The notes under the pieces: model-generated
What the model saw: the letters and a program-made list of their open reading frames with translations, nothing else
Database searches by the model: none
What the model was told of the DNA's origin: nothing
From: Candidatus Hermodarchaeota archaeon
GTDB lineage: Archaea > Asgardarchaeota > Thorarchaeia > Thorarchaeales > Thorarchaeaceae
DNA length: 64,000 bases
Assembly: GCA_048885865.1 (NCBI GenBank)
Contig: JBHLLF010000004.1
Location: 64,001 to 128,000 of the forward strand
Direction: 5' to 3'
In this document: positions 19,821 through 29,121 of the stretch, piece by piece
Numbering within the stretch: the stretch's first letter is position 1
Layout of the letters: every line of letters starts with the position of its first letter
Translations under genes and position numbers: made by a program

Positions 19821-20819
19821 TTACCTTTTCTCCTCCTTCTCTCTTCGAAGGTACTCACGATAGGCGATTGGATATTCCTCCGCCAGCTCTTCGATTGTTG
19901 GAAGACGACTGGCATAAGGAGTATAGGATTCGCCTTGTGTCACTGAGGATATTTCAGAGTCAATCACTGGCTTGAGCCTCTCGTTAATCTCATAACCGAT
20001 ATAGTGCCTCCAGCTAGACCTAGCAGCAACAGCTGTGGTGCCATTGCCCATGAAAGGATCAAGAATTAGGTCTCCGGGCTTAGAGGAGTAGTCAATGCAT
20101 CTGGCAACTACTTCTAAAGGAAGTTTAGTGCTGTTCTTGATTTCCCTGGCTCTATACCTGCGTTTTACTGGCCATACATCCTCAGGATAGTGTTCTATCT
20201 TGTTGAAGAAGTAACTTCTTAGATTCTTGACCAATAGCAGGACATGGTAATGACTAGTGACGAATCGCCTCTTGGTGAATACTCCGAATGGATAGTGCCA
20301 GACAATGTGATTCAGTGTGGAGAGTCCAACCTCTCTTGCACTTCTCAACACGGGTTCTAGATTCGTCCACCCACTGAAAATGTAGACAGATCCCTCCTCC
20401 TTGAGAACTCGTGGCAACTCGCCGATCCATCTTTTCGTGAATTCAACATAGGATCCATTTACTTCTTCATAGTCTTCTACAACTAGCCGCTCATCTCTGT
20501 TGTATACACTACTCTTCCCGTTGAAATCAATACCAAATGGAGGATCAGCTATAACTAGGTCAATGGAACCTTCTGGAAGCTCTCCCATGCCCTGAATGCA
20601 GTCCTCATAGAGTACTGTGTTTAACTCAAATTCCTGCACCGCTCCAACACGAGCATCATAGAGTGCTCTGGCCTCATCTATTGACCAGTCATAGGTGGGT
20701 TCAAAGTAGAACTCAGCAAGATTCGGTATGTACCGTTTTGACCGCCGCCGAGCAGGTGATTTTTCTTCTCCTTCTTCAGAGTGGACTGTCATAAGGAGTC
20801 TCGCTCCTTTGTCACTCAT
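19821..20819 (-). CDS. Beta-class N4-C/N6-A DNA methyltransferase (orphan in this window)
   Basis: Motif IV DPPF precedes motif I DPFMGNGTT; YEIN. Confidence 0.93.
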   Translation of the reverse strand: MSDKGARLLMTVHSEEGEEKSPARRRSKRYIPNLAEFYFEPTYDWSIDEARALYDARVGAVQEFELNTVLYEDCIQGMGELPEGSIDLVIADPPFGIDFNGKSSVYNRDERLVVEDYEEVNGSYVEFTKRWIGELPRVLKEEGSVYIFSGWTNLEPVLRSAREVGLSTLNHIVWHYPFGVFTKRRFVTSHYHVLLLVKNLRSYFFNKIEHYPEDVWPVKRRYRAREIKNSTKLPLEVVARCIDYSSKPGDLILDPFMGNGTTAVAARSSWRHYIGYEINERLKPVIDSEISSVTQGESYTPYASRLPTIEELAEEYPIAYREYLRREKEEKR

Positions 20820-20862
20820 AGACCTCTTAAAGCATGTGTCTTGTTATAGCAATGAGCGCTGT

Positions 20863-21951
20863 TTACATGAGTTCTGACGGGTCGACTCCTCTTGAAATCG
20901 CTTTTCCTGTCATCCAGTCCATGAATTTCTCCGGTGGTACCTTTTCACCCCTATCCGGTCGTGCCCCAAGGTGAAGAGCATCCTCAGGGCATGATATGGC
21001 ACATACTCCGCATCCAACACAGCGATCTGCATTTACAACACTAATGTCCTCAGGAACATCAAGTGCCGCAAATTGACATCTATCCACACATGTGCCGCAC
21101 CCTGTGCAAAGGTCATTATCGACCTCAATCATGAAGTCTGATTTGACGAATGCGTAGGGCTGATCATGCTGCGTCAGTCCTCTTAGTACACCGCAACAGC
21201 AGGTACAGCAGTTGCAGATGTATGTCTGACCGGTCTGAATATTCATACTGCAGTGAACAAGTCCAGCCTCCTCTGCATCTTTCAGAATTTTCAAGGCTTC
21301 CTCTTTGGTGACTACTTTCGTCAGCTCGTCATCATCATAGGCATTCTCTTTCTTGGGAGCAAACATGAGACAAACAGAAGTCGGGTATTTGCAGGGCTCA
21401 CCCACAAGTTCTTTCTGCCTCTTACAGATACACTCCCTTACACCCCATGACTTTGCGGTTTCAATGAGATGCTCCGCCCTCTCATATGGATAGATCTCAA
21501 GGTCAGTTTCCACAGCGCTGTTGACGGGTATTACCTTGAAGATGGGAGGATCTGTAGAGAACATATCGCCAATTCCTTTCGCTGCATTGTAATAGTCCTC
21601 ATAAAGCTGGGCAAACTCCTTGTCCATTCTGCCTAGCTGCTCTTCGTATATTCCTACAGCAAACGGAATCAGAGCGTATCTTCTTCCAGTGCTGGAATTC
21701 CAAGCACGAATCTGGCCTTTATGTGCCATTGTTTCCAATTGTTCCTTTAGAGCCGCAGGATCCCGGTCGAGTCGGGTACCTAGGTCTTCAATGGTTTCAC
21801 CCATCAGCTTCATCTGGCTAGCCAAATCGGCTTCAGACTCCTCAAAAATCCACTTGAGTAGCCTGATGTGACTCCTATCTGGGACCGGGGGAAACCCATT
21901 TGGGATTTTATCTAGTGTTGCTGCAAGTCGTTCATATGCTTCATCTGACAT
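20863..21951 (-). CDS. 4Fe-4S dicluster-domain protein with N-terminal HTH-like region
   Basis: CICK, ICNCCTCCCG, CTGCGTCVDRC, CVGCGVCAISCP. Confidence 0.88.
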   Translation of the reverse strand: MSDEAYERLAATLDKIPNGFPPVPDRSHIRLLKWIFEESEADLASQMKLMGETIEDLGTRLDRDPAALKEQLETMAHKGQIRAWNSSTGRRYALIPFAVGIYEEQLGRMDKEFAQLYEDYYNAAKGIGDMFSTDPPIFKVIPVNSAVETDLEIYPYERAEHLIETAKSWGVRECICKRQKELVGEPCKYPTSVCLMFAPKKENAYDDDELTKVVTKEEALKILKDAEEAGLVHCSMNIQTGQTYICNCCTCCCGVLRGLTQHDQPYAFVKSDFMIEVDNDLCTGCGTCVDRCQFAALDVPEDISVVNADRCVGCGVCAISCPEDALHLGARPDRGEKVPPEKFMDWMTGKAISRGVDPSELM

Positions 21952-21976
21952 TTTTGCGCTCTCCTCTTTCTTGCTA

Positions 21977-23308
21977 TTATGGGCATTCCAATGTAATTCC
22001 TAGAGGGCTTAGTTCCTCATTGACTTTGACTAGGGTTTCTTGGCAGCTATGACCTTTGCCTAGCAGCACATGCGTCAAGGTCATCTGATATGGTGGCAGA
22101 AAGGGAATATCACTGGTGTTTAAAATGCTCTGGTATTCGTGTCTTATCTTCTCATCCTGGAGAAAGGCTTCCATTTGCGGTAGAGTGCTCCCATTCTCCA
22201 ATAGCATGTTTCTGATTTTTTCTAGGAAAAGGTCCTTTGGAACATTTACAGACTCTCCGTAGAGCCGTTTGACATTCTTCTCAAACCATTCACGAACTCG
22301 ATCAACTCTGCAATATGGAAGTACCACTACCTCTTCTTCACCATAAGGCATTATGCGGACAAGGCTTCTCTTCTCCGCAGAGAATACAAAATCGGGCAGA
22401 TTACTGAAGCCTACTTCTGAGATGTCCAAGCCTCTTTCTTGGAGTTCTTCATTTAGTTTGGGTAATGTGAAAGGGTGTCCTTCGTCAATTCCTTCCTCGA
22501 CTACCCGAACAAGGAAGTCAAACGCCTCTCTATTCTCTTCAGAGAGTTTCGACATCTCATCTGAGAGCGTGTCAGGGAGCTTCAAAATAGTCCCTGGTAG
22601 TTCTCCCTCCTTGACGATGTAGCCCTCAGATTCAGCCCATCCAACAAACTCATTCCAACTCAGAAATCCGAGCTCTCTCTCGTTAAAGCCTGGATTGAGT
22701 GAGGAAATGACATACTTCACATTTCCAATGCCTGGCTTATTCCCTGCCTCTATTATTGTCTGGATTGCATCATGAAGCTTCCCGCCCATAATGCGTCGCA
22801 TCTCAGTGATGCTTCGAACTCGCTCTTTGCAATCTCCGACATCAGGACAGTCCAATGAGATTCTCCTGAAAGAATGTATGTCAGTATACTTGGTTGCCAA
22901 GTCAGTGAGCTCGCTTGCCGTGATGATTGGATTACTTATGATCCAAAGACCAAGCCCGCGTTGCCGAATTGCTCCTGCAATGAGCTTGAAATCGCCATCA
23001 CCTGTGATCATGACATAGCAGGTTGTTTCGGGGTAATGGACCATATGATCCATGATGTATGCGGCCATCTTGTAATCCGCAGCATTGTCTCTGCTATCAG
23101 GCACATGGATTACATCGTAGCCTAGGTTATGTAGCTCCTCCGCCATCCGTCTTCGATTAGTCCAATCAGCAAAGGCGTAAGCCTTGACGAGTGTTCCAGC
23201 TTCACGAATCCTATCAGTCAACTCTCTATGTGTGCCAAAGTCTTCATGGACGTTCTCAAAGTCCCAGAAGACAGAGAGATGATTTCTGGATTCAGCATCA
23301 GACATCAA
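21977..23308 (-). CDS. NYN-domain ribonuclease with two OST-HTH/LOTUS domains
   Basis: VFWDFENV, NAADY, ITGDGDF; LOTUS-like PGFNERELGFLSWNEF and GLDISEVGFSNLPDF. Confidence 0.85.
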   Translation of the reverse strand: MMSDAESRNHLSVFWDFENVHEDFGTHRELTDRIREAGTLVKAYAFADWTNRRRMAEELHNLGYDVIHVPDSRDNAADYKMAAYIMDHMVHYPETTCYVMITGDGDFKLIAGAIRQRGLGLWIISNPIITASELTDLATKYTDIHSFRRISLDCPDVGDCKERVRSITEMRRIMGGKLHDAIQTIIEAGNKPGIGNVKYVISSLNPGFNERELGFLSWNEFVGWAESEGYIVKEGELPGTILKLPDTLSDEMSKLSEENREAFDFLVRVVEEGIDEGHPFTLPKLNEELQERGLDISEVGFSNLPDFVFSAEKRSLVRIMPYGEEEVVVLPYCRVDRVREWFEKNVKRLYGESVNVPKDLFLEKIRNMLLENGSTLPQMEAFLQDEKIRHEYQSILNTSDIPFLPPYQMTLTHVLLGKGHSCQETLVKVNEELSPLGITLECP

Positions 23309-23418
23309 TTGCCACCAATCATGGAGCAGGAGTGGATTGGCCTATAAACACTACTGCACCCTTGAAATAGGTACAACATGAAAGAGTCATTTGTCAGGCG
23401 TAATGTGCAAATACATAG

Positions 23419-23718
23419 CTACTCCCTGCAGTCGATGTCCTCTGAAACACAATGAGTTGGATGATTCACACATTCCAAGAACTGCTTGAATGTGATAGGC
23501 GGATATCCCATCTCATGACGGCGAGTATTATCCAAGAGAAATGCCTCATAGACTTCAAGCTCATGGACTCGATTGTCCATGGCGGACTCAATAGCTTGTT
23601 CTCTGTCAGAATAGAATGTCCACATTGCACCACATCCCTCATATCCCCAGACTTTCTTTGGTACAGGAGAGTGAGGGCTGGCTTGGTGTGGGGCTTTGTC
23701 CTGAGCGTGTTTCATCAC
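23419..23718 (-). CDS. Hypothetical protein
   Basis: Protein-like ORF filling the gap; co-oriented with the NYN gene. Confidence 0.5.
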   Translation of the reverse strand: MMKHAQDKAPHQASPHSPVPKKVWGYEGCGAMWTFYSDREQAIESAMDNRVHELEVYEAFLLDNTRRHEMGYPPITFKQFLECVNHPTHCVSEDIDCRE

Positions 23719-23842
23719 GTTCGTCCTGCCTTGCGTCCTAGCTTCATACAGTGCACTTCATACAGTAATAAGGTGTAAGCTAGAGGAACTTTCACGTGGA
23801 CTTCGGGCAACAGTTAAGAACATCACAAGCTCTTCTCAAAGC

Positions 23843-24931
23843 ATGGACCTCGAACAACGCTTCGAATTAATCGCCGGAGTTGGCGAAGAGATAGTCACTA
23901 GGGAAGAGCTTCGGCAATTGCTGGAAGAGAAGAAGAATCCAATTGCATATGATGGGTTTGAACCATCAGGCATGGCCCATCTTCCATTCGGGGTGTATCG
24001 ACCACTCTTGCTGAAGGACCTCATCAAGGCCGGAGTCAGATTCAAGATTTGGCTTGCTGATTGGTTCGCATGGATCAACAACAAGATGGGTGGTGACCTA
24101 GATAGAATAAAGACCACAGGAGAATACTTCATCGAGGTCTGGAAAGCTGCAGGTGTTCCTAGCAACAAGGTCGAGTTCCTGTTTGCGTCCGATGCGATGG
24201 ACTCCATCGACTATTGGGAGAGAGTAGTGAGGATTGCAAAAGTCACTACTATAGCTAGAGCAACACGTGCGTTGACAATCATGGGAAGGAGAGAAGGAGA
24301 GATGTCAGAAGTTGCACAGTACTTCTATCCAGTGATGCAAGCGTCAGACATCTTTCATCTTGAGGCTGACATTACCCAACTTGGTATGGATCAACGGAGA
24401 GCAAATATACTTGCGCGGGAGGTCGGCCCAAAGCTTGGTCTTTGGAAGCCCGTTGTGATAAGCCATCATATGTTGATCAATCTCGAGGGAGCAATTGAGC
24501 CCGATGGACTTGATGAAGCAGAACGAGACTGGCATATGATACAGTCGAAGATGAGTAAGAGCAAACCTTCCTCAAGCATATTTGTCCATGACACGCTGGA
24601 TGAGATTCGTTCGAAGATAATGGGAGCTTACTGTCCCCCGAAAGAAGTTGAAGGCAATCCCTTGCTTGATTATGCAAAACACATAGTCTTCAGGGCATTC
24701 GACTCAATGGCTGTAGAAAGAAAGTCGAAGTTTGGGGGAGATGTCGAGTTCACAAACTATCAGGACTTGGAGAAGAGCTATGTAGCTGGAGATCTCCATC
24801 CACTGGACCTAAAGAATGCCATGACTATCTATCTGGATAAGGCAGTTCAACCAATTCGAGAGCACTTTGAGAAGAAGGGAAGCGCTAACAGGTTATACGA
24901 ACAGGTCAAGAGCTATCAGATCACACGTTAA
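23843..24931 (+). CDS. tyrS: Tyrosine--tRNA ligase
   Basis: YDGFEPSG, YPVMQASDI, GMDQR, KMSKS, LHPLDLK. Confidence 0.97.
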   Translation: MDLEQRFELIAGVGEEIVTREELRQLLEEKKNPIAYDGFEPSGMAHLPFGVYRPLLLKDLIKAGVRFKIWLADWFAWINNKMGGDLDRIKTTGEYFIEVWKAAGVPSNKVEFLFASDAMDSIDYWERVVRIAKVTTIARATRALTIMGRREGEMSEVAQYFYPVMQASDIFHLEADITQLGMDQRRANILAREVGPKLGLWKPVVISHHMLINLEGAIEPDGLDEAERDWHMIQSKMSKSKPSSSIFVHDTLDEIRSKIMGAYCPPKEVEGNPLLDYAKHIVFRAFDSMAVERKSKFGGDVEFTNYQDLEKSYVAGDLHPLDLKNAMTIYLDKAVQPIREHFEKKGSANRLYEQVKSYQITR

Positions 24932-25021
24932 ATCGCTCTTGGACTTGTACTAGCCTTACTTAATGAGGGACGACCCCCGTCGAAGCAATATGTTATCTGT
25001 AAGTATCCCCACCCCTGAGGC

Positions 25022-25552
25022 ATGTCAGAAGAGTCGAAGGAACTAATAACGCTGGATAGACGGGGAGACTTGTGTCCTCGAGTTGCCTTCTTGTTCTCGA
25101 TGATGGACAAAACGCGCGGGCGACTCCTCCGCTTGGTGGATGGCCTTTCAGATGATGAGCTAGACTATTCTCCAGACATGGAACATATTGAAACAATTGG
25201 CACTCTTCTCCTTCATATAGCAGCTGTAGAATGGTCATGGATCTTCGAGGATATCGATGGAGAGGAGATGGATTATGAGAAATGGAAGCATGCATTTGCT
25301 CTGAGAGAAGAGGGTCTCCCACAATTGACAAAACAAGGTCTTCAATTCTATATCCACCGACTCGTAGAGGTTCGAAGCCAGGTCTTTCTCAGACTAAGAA
25401 ACCTAGACGATTCCAATCTTCACGTTCTAGTCGACGTAGGTAGCGCTGAAGTAAGCATTGAATGGATTCTGTTCCATATTTTGGAGCATGAAGCCATGCA
25501 CATCGGCCAAATATCAGTTCTAAAAAGGCTGGCAAAGAATAGCCGGAATTAA
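25022..25552 (+). CDS. DinB/YfiT family protein
   Basis: TIGTLLLHIA, WILFHILEHEAMHIGQI metal triad. Confidence 0.9.
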   Translation: MSEESKELITLDRRGDLCPRVAFLFSMMDKTRGRLLRLVDGLSDDELDYSPDMEHIETIGTLLLHIAAVEWSWIFEDIDGEEMDYEKWKHAFALREEGLPQLTKQGLQFYIHRLVEVRSQVFLRLRNLDDSNLHVLVDVGSAEVSIEWILFHILEHEAMHIGQISVLKRLAKNSRN

Positions 25553-25589
25553 TCTTAGAAACCGTTAGTTCAGCTAGGAGGCAAGCCTT

Positions 25590-26354
25590 ATGGATGCATC
25601 AGAGATCAGGGAGTTCCTGGAGTTTGCAGTCGATGCGGCGGTGGAGGCTGGGAAGATCACAATGGATTACTTCCTTGAGTCTTTGGACATTGATATCAAG
25701 ACTGATGACACCCCTGTTACTGAGGCCGATAGAGAGGCTGAGAAGTATATCCGAGAGCGCCTAGAGGCGGTTTATCCAACTCACTCGATTCTTGGGGAAG
25801 AGGGAGGGGCGAAGGAAAGAGAGGCGGACTTTAGGTGGATTATAGATCCTATTGATGGGACCCAGTCATTCATTCGTGGAGTGCCCCTATACACTGTGCT
25901 TATCGCCTTGGAGATGAAGGGAGAACCGCTTTTGGGGGTGATACACAATCCCCCGCTTCAGGAAACCGTGGCCGCAGGAATAGGATTTGGCTGCTTCTAC
26001 AATGGAAACCCTTGCCAAGTCAGTTCTACATCAAAACTGGAGAGAGCTTGGGTACAGGTCACAGACTATGCTGATCTCTTTAGACGGAGGCCTAGATTTG
26101 CTACACATCTTCTTGAGAACACATATTCCTGCCGCACATGGGGAGATGCGTATGGCTACCTTCTTGTTGCAACAGGAAGAGTAGATGTGATGATTGACCC
26201 AATTATGAAGGTATGGGACATTGCACCTCTGAAACCCATTATTACTGAATCGAAGGGGGTCTTCACGGACCTTAATGGTAGTCCAAATGCAATGGGAGAT
26301 TCTTCTATTGCGTGTAATGAGATACTACATAGGCAAATAATGCAACTTATGTAA
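25590..26354 (+). CDS. Inositol monophosphatase family, histidinol-phosphatase (HisN)-like
   Basis: PVTEADREAE, GEE, WIIDPIDGT, WGDAYGY, WDIA. Confidence 0.88.
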   Translation: MDASEIREFLEFAVDAAVEAGKITMDYFLESLDIDIKTDDTPVTEADREAEKYIRERLEAVYPTHSILGEEGGAKEREADFRWIIDPIDGTQSFIRGVPLYTVLIALEMKGEPLLGVIHNPPLQETVAAGIGFGCFYNGNPCQVSSTSKLERAWVQVTDYADLFRRRPRFATHLLENTYSCRTWGDAYGYLLVATGRVDVMIDPIMKVWDIAPLKPIITESKGVFTDLNGSPNAMGDSSIACNEILHRQIMQLM

Positions 26355-26441
26355 CTGCTTTTTACCTGAATACTTATCAGAAAACCTTTACAGTATTCAT
26401 TTCGTACTGCTGGGGGTGCGATGACTTGGGGATGATAAACG

Positions 26442-27608
26442 TTGATAACATGTGCCAAATGTGGGAAAGCAAACCTTCCAACCAGAAAATACTGTCTGCG
26501 CTGCGGAGCATCACTCATTTCGACTCCGACGCCAGAACCTGAAAAGCCCGCTCCTACACAGAAGGCGGCCGCTCCCGCAACTCCAGCCAGCGAAGTCAGC
26601 GCCACAACAGATGACAAATGGGTCAGGCCAAGTGAAGTTTCAACGGATCGAGTGCGAACAAGTGCCCCAAAGATGAAATCAGAGCTGGAAAAGGCGCGGG
26701 AGGCATTTGCCAGAGCTGAAGAGGTCGGGATAGAAGAGGGTGATGAGGGCATTGTCGAAACTAGAATGCTAAGAGCGAGTGAAGTAAGGGAGCTGTTAGA
26801 GTCTGCTGCAGAATACGAGGCCCAGGCTCCTCCAATGCCGACACCGCCAGACACAACTGAACCCGGAGCGCCCCCGCAGCCAGCACCGCCGACAATACCG
26901 ACCCCAAAAGACCTTGAAGAGGGAATATTAGGCTCACAATCGTCGCTTGTTGAAAAACCAGCTCCCCCTGTAGCACCTGCACCGCCTCCGGAAACAACAG
27001 GTGTACCTCCTGGGGGCCCACCAGCTCCTGCAGCTCCTACACCTCCTGCAGCTCCCACACCTCCACCTACATCTACACCTAAGCCGAAACCTCCTGCTCC
27101 GGCTGCGAAACCGCCGCCAACCGTCCCTGCTCCTGCTCCAGTAGCGGCACCGCCACCAAGCGTGCCCGTTGCTCAACAGGTAATCCCAGAGGTAGAAGTA
27201 ATTGAGATGAAGATATCCGACCCTGAATATCTCAAGGACAAGAAAATTAGCGGCACACTGACAGACCTTAGACATCTCCACCTTGAACTAAAGCAGGCAA
27301 ATGCGGATCTTGAAACTGTAGCCGCACATCTTGAGAATGATGTTCAGAATTGCAGAAATTCTTCTGAAGTCAAGAGGATTCATTATGAGAGTATTCAGGA
27401 GCAGTCTCGTCTAGCAAAGGAGGAGTGGAGTGCTGCGGAGAAAGAATATAGTGCTGCTCAAGACCGCCAGAAGAAAGAGATCTCGACCAGACAGAAGAGA
27501 ATCGACAAGATTCAGAAGAGCATCAACAAAGCAGAGTCTGTTGTAGAGAAACGTGTTCGAGACCTCGATAAAGAGAAGGAGAAACTAGCAGCACAGGAAA
27601 AGACCTAA
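26442..27608 (+). CDS. Zinc-ribbon / proline-rich / coiled-coil protein
   Basis: CAKC..CLRC N-terminus, about 120-aa Pro/Ala-rich tract, about 130-aa coiled coil. Confidence 0.85.
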   Translation: MITCAKCGKANLPTRKYCLRCGASLISTPTPEPEKPAPTQKAAAPATPASEVSATTDDKWVRPSEVSTDRVRTSAPKMKSELEKAREAFARAEEVGIEEGDEGIVETRMLRASEVRELLESAAEYEAQAPPMPTPPDTTEPGAPPQPAPPTIPTPKDLEEGILGSQSSLVEKPAPPVAPAPPPETTGVPPGGPPAPAAPTPPAAPTPPPTSTPKPKPPAPAAKPPPTVPAPAPVAAPPPSVPVAQQVIPEVEVIEMKISDPEYLKDKKISGTLTDLRHLHLELKQANADLETVAAHLENDVQNCRNSSEVKRIHYESIQEQSRLAKEEWSAAEKEYSAAQDRQKKEISTRQKRIDKIQKSINKAESVVEKRVRDLDKEKEKLAAQEKT

Positions 27609-27660
27609 CACCTAAGTCCAAAATAACGTTTTATCAAACAAAGCGCATTATTTTGGTGAA

Positions 27661-28167
27661 TTGACAGACGAAAAATCAAGCCTAGTGAAATTGGCAGTCA
27701 TTGGAGCAATCAATGCAGGCAAAAGTACATTGATTGCCAAATTGGTCACGGGTTCGTTCATCGATTCATCAATTGCACCGGACGTTGACGTGTCATCTTG
27801 GTTGATTTCTGTTGATGAATTCACCTCAATTGAAGCTTCGATTTTTGAGTTCGATGAGCACGAGGAATTCGAGTTCTTTCAGGCGGCTGCTGTGACTGGA
27901 GCAAAGATAGCTATAGTCATCTTCGACTGCTCATCATTTGAGTCATTGCTATCCGTTGATAAGTGGGTAGGCATGACTTCAAATCTACCCAATGATAGAA
28001 AGCTCTTCGTGGGAACGAAACTCGATCTGTGCGATGATGTTGACTATGATGGAATCCATGAGATCACATCGCGTCATGGAATTGACTTCCTATTGGTGAG
28101 TTCAAAAGAGGGGACCAATATAGGCACACTGGCTCGACGATTGGGTGAGATGGCTCAACGATTATGA
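27661..28167 (+). CDS. Ras/Rab-like small GTPase with degenerate G2/G3
   Basis: G1 GAINAGKST, G4 GTKLD, G5 VSSK; G3 reads FEFDEHE. Confidence 0.85.
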   Translation: MTDEKSSLVKLAVIGAINAGKSTLIAKLVTGSFIDSSIAPDVDVSSWLISVDEFTSIEASIFEFDEHEEFEFFQAAAVTGAKIAIVIFDCSSFESLLSVDKWVGMTSNLPNDRKLFVGTKLDLCDDVDYDGIHEITSRHGIDFLLVSSKEGTNIGTLARRLGEMAQRL

Positions 28168-28483
28168 ATTGATGTGGATTGTTCTAGCTGGATTTGGTTT
28201 CTGGATATTTGACCTAGGTATGATGCTTGCTCACCATATAATCGATTGCAAAGGCTCATTGCCAAAGATACGCCAGGCATTGATTGAGGGACATAAAAGA
28301 ACGAGTGTATTGCCGGAATCAAATCTTGAATACCTTGACCTCTTCACTGCCGCACGCTTGGCACAGCTCATGTTCTTCTATCAGGGACTGGCGTTGATAT
28401 ATCCTCAGTATGGAGATCAGTCCTTGAGAGAGATCAACCAATCTGTAAGACATCTCAAACGTATTCTCAAGAGGATCTCATGA
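28145..28483 (+). pseudogene. C-terminal fragment of an APH/homoserine-kinase-like phosphotransferase
   Basis: GFGFWIFDLG..RQALIEGH..LP..LDLFTAAR resembles the C-lobe; N-lobe and HGD motif are missing. Confidence 0.45.
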
Positions 28484-28578
28484 ATTCACATCATCCTAAA
28501 GGGCATTCATCGAGCCTCTTCTTTAATAGCAAGTATCTCCCAATTGTCAAACAGAGCTGAATATCGGAGGTTTCGATT

Positions 28579-29115
28579 CTGGAACAAGTTATAATACCTG
28601 ATTGGCTTCGAGCGATTGATATTCTAGTGGGTGCACTTTCGATTGCACTGTGTAGCTTTGTGCTCATAGGATTCGTACCTTCCAGCGTGGCAATACTCAT
28701 TCTACTGATAATAACACTGTTCATGGTAGGGCTTGCTAGATTTGCCAGAGCTGCTGCTGTAAAGGCCAAGGGGACATCACGGCGTGCGATAAATCTAGTT
28801 GCAGGGATTGTCGGGATTGGAGCTGCTTCGCTGCTCATATTCAACATTCAGCTACCTGAAGAAACCATTTTGATTCTACTTGCAACCGCATGGATGATAA
28901 TGGGACTGGCGAGGATTTCTATTGGATTGATTGAAAGGGACGTGCCTCTTTGGGCACGAATACTACAGATTGTGGTTGGTTTGACTACTATGGCCCTTAC
29001 GAGTGTGGTTGTAATTTTCCCTGTAACTGATTTCTCAACTATTCTGCTATTCCTTCTAATAACCGTCATTGCGAATGGCTTTGCAAGAACCTCGAGGGGC
29101 TACGTCGGAGTCTAG
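28579..29115 (+). CDS. HdeD/DUF308-like membrane protein (probable CTG start)
   Basis: Repeated helical hairpins (..IxVG..GxARxxxG); frame open upstream to CTG 28579 behind GGAGG. Confidence 0.75.
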   Translation: MEQVIIPDWLRAIDILVGALSIALCSFVLIGFVPSSVAILILLIITLFMVGLARFARAAAVKAKGTSRRAINLVAGIVGIGAASLLIFNIQLPEETILILLATAWMIMGLARISIGLIERDVPLWARILQIVVGLTTMALTSVVVIFPVTDFSTILLFLLITVIANGFARTSRGYVGV

Positions 29116-29121
29116 CAGAAG

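Noticed and set aside
26156-27058. 300-aa Gly/Ala-rich ORF on the - strand
   Set aside because: Antisense shadow of the Pro-rich gene (CCN codons read as Gly)
27025-27065. 18-bp tandem repeat (CCTGCAGCTCCYACACCT x2)
   Set aside because: Simply encodes PAAPTP twice in a low-complexity tract
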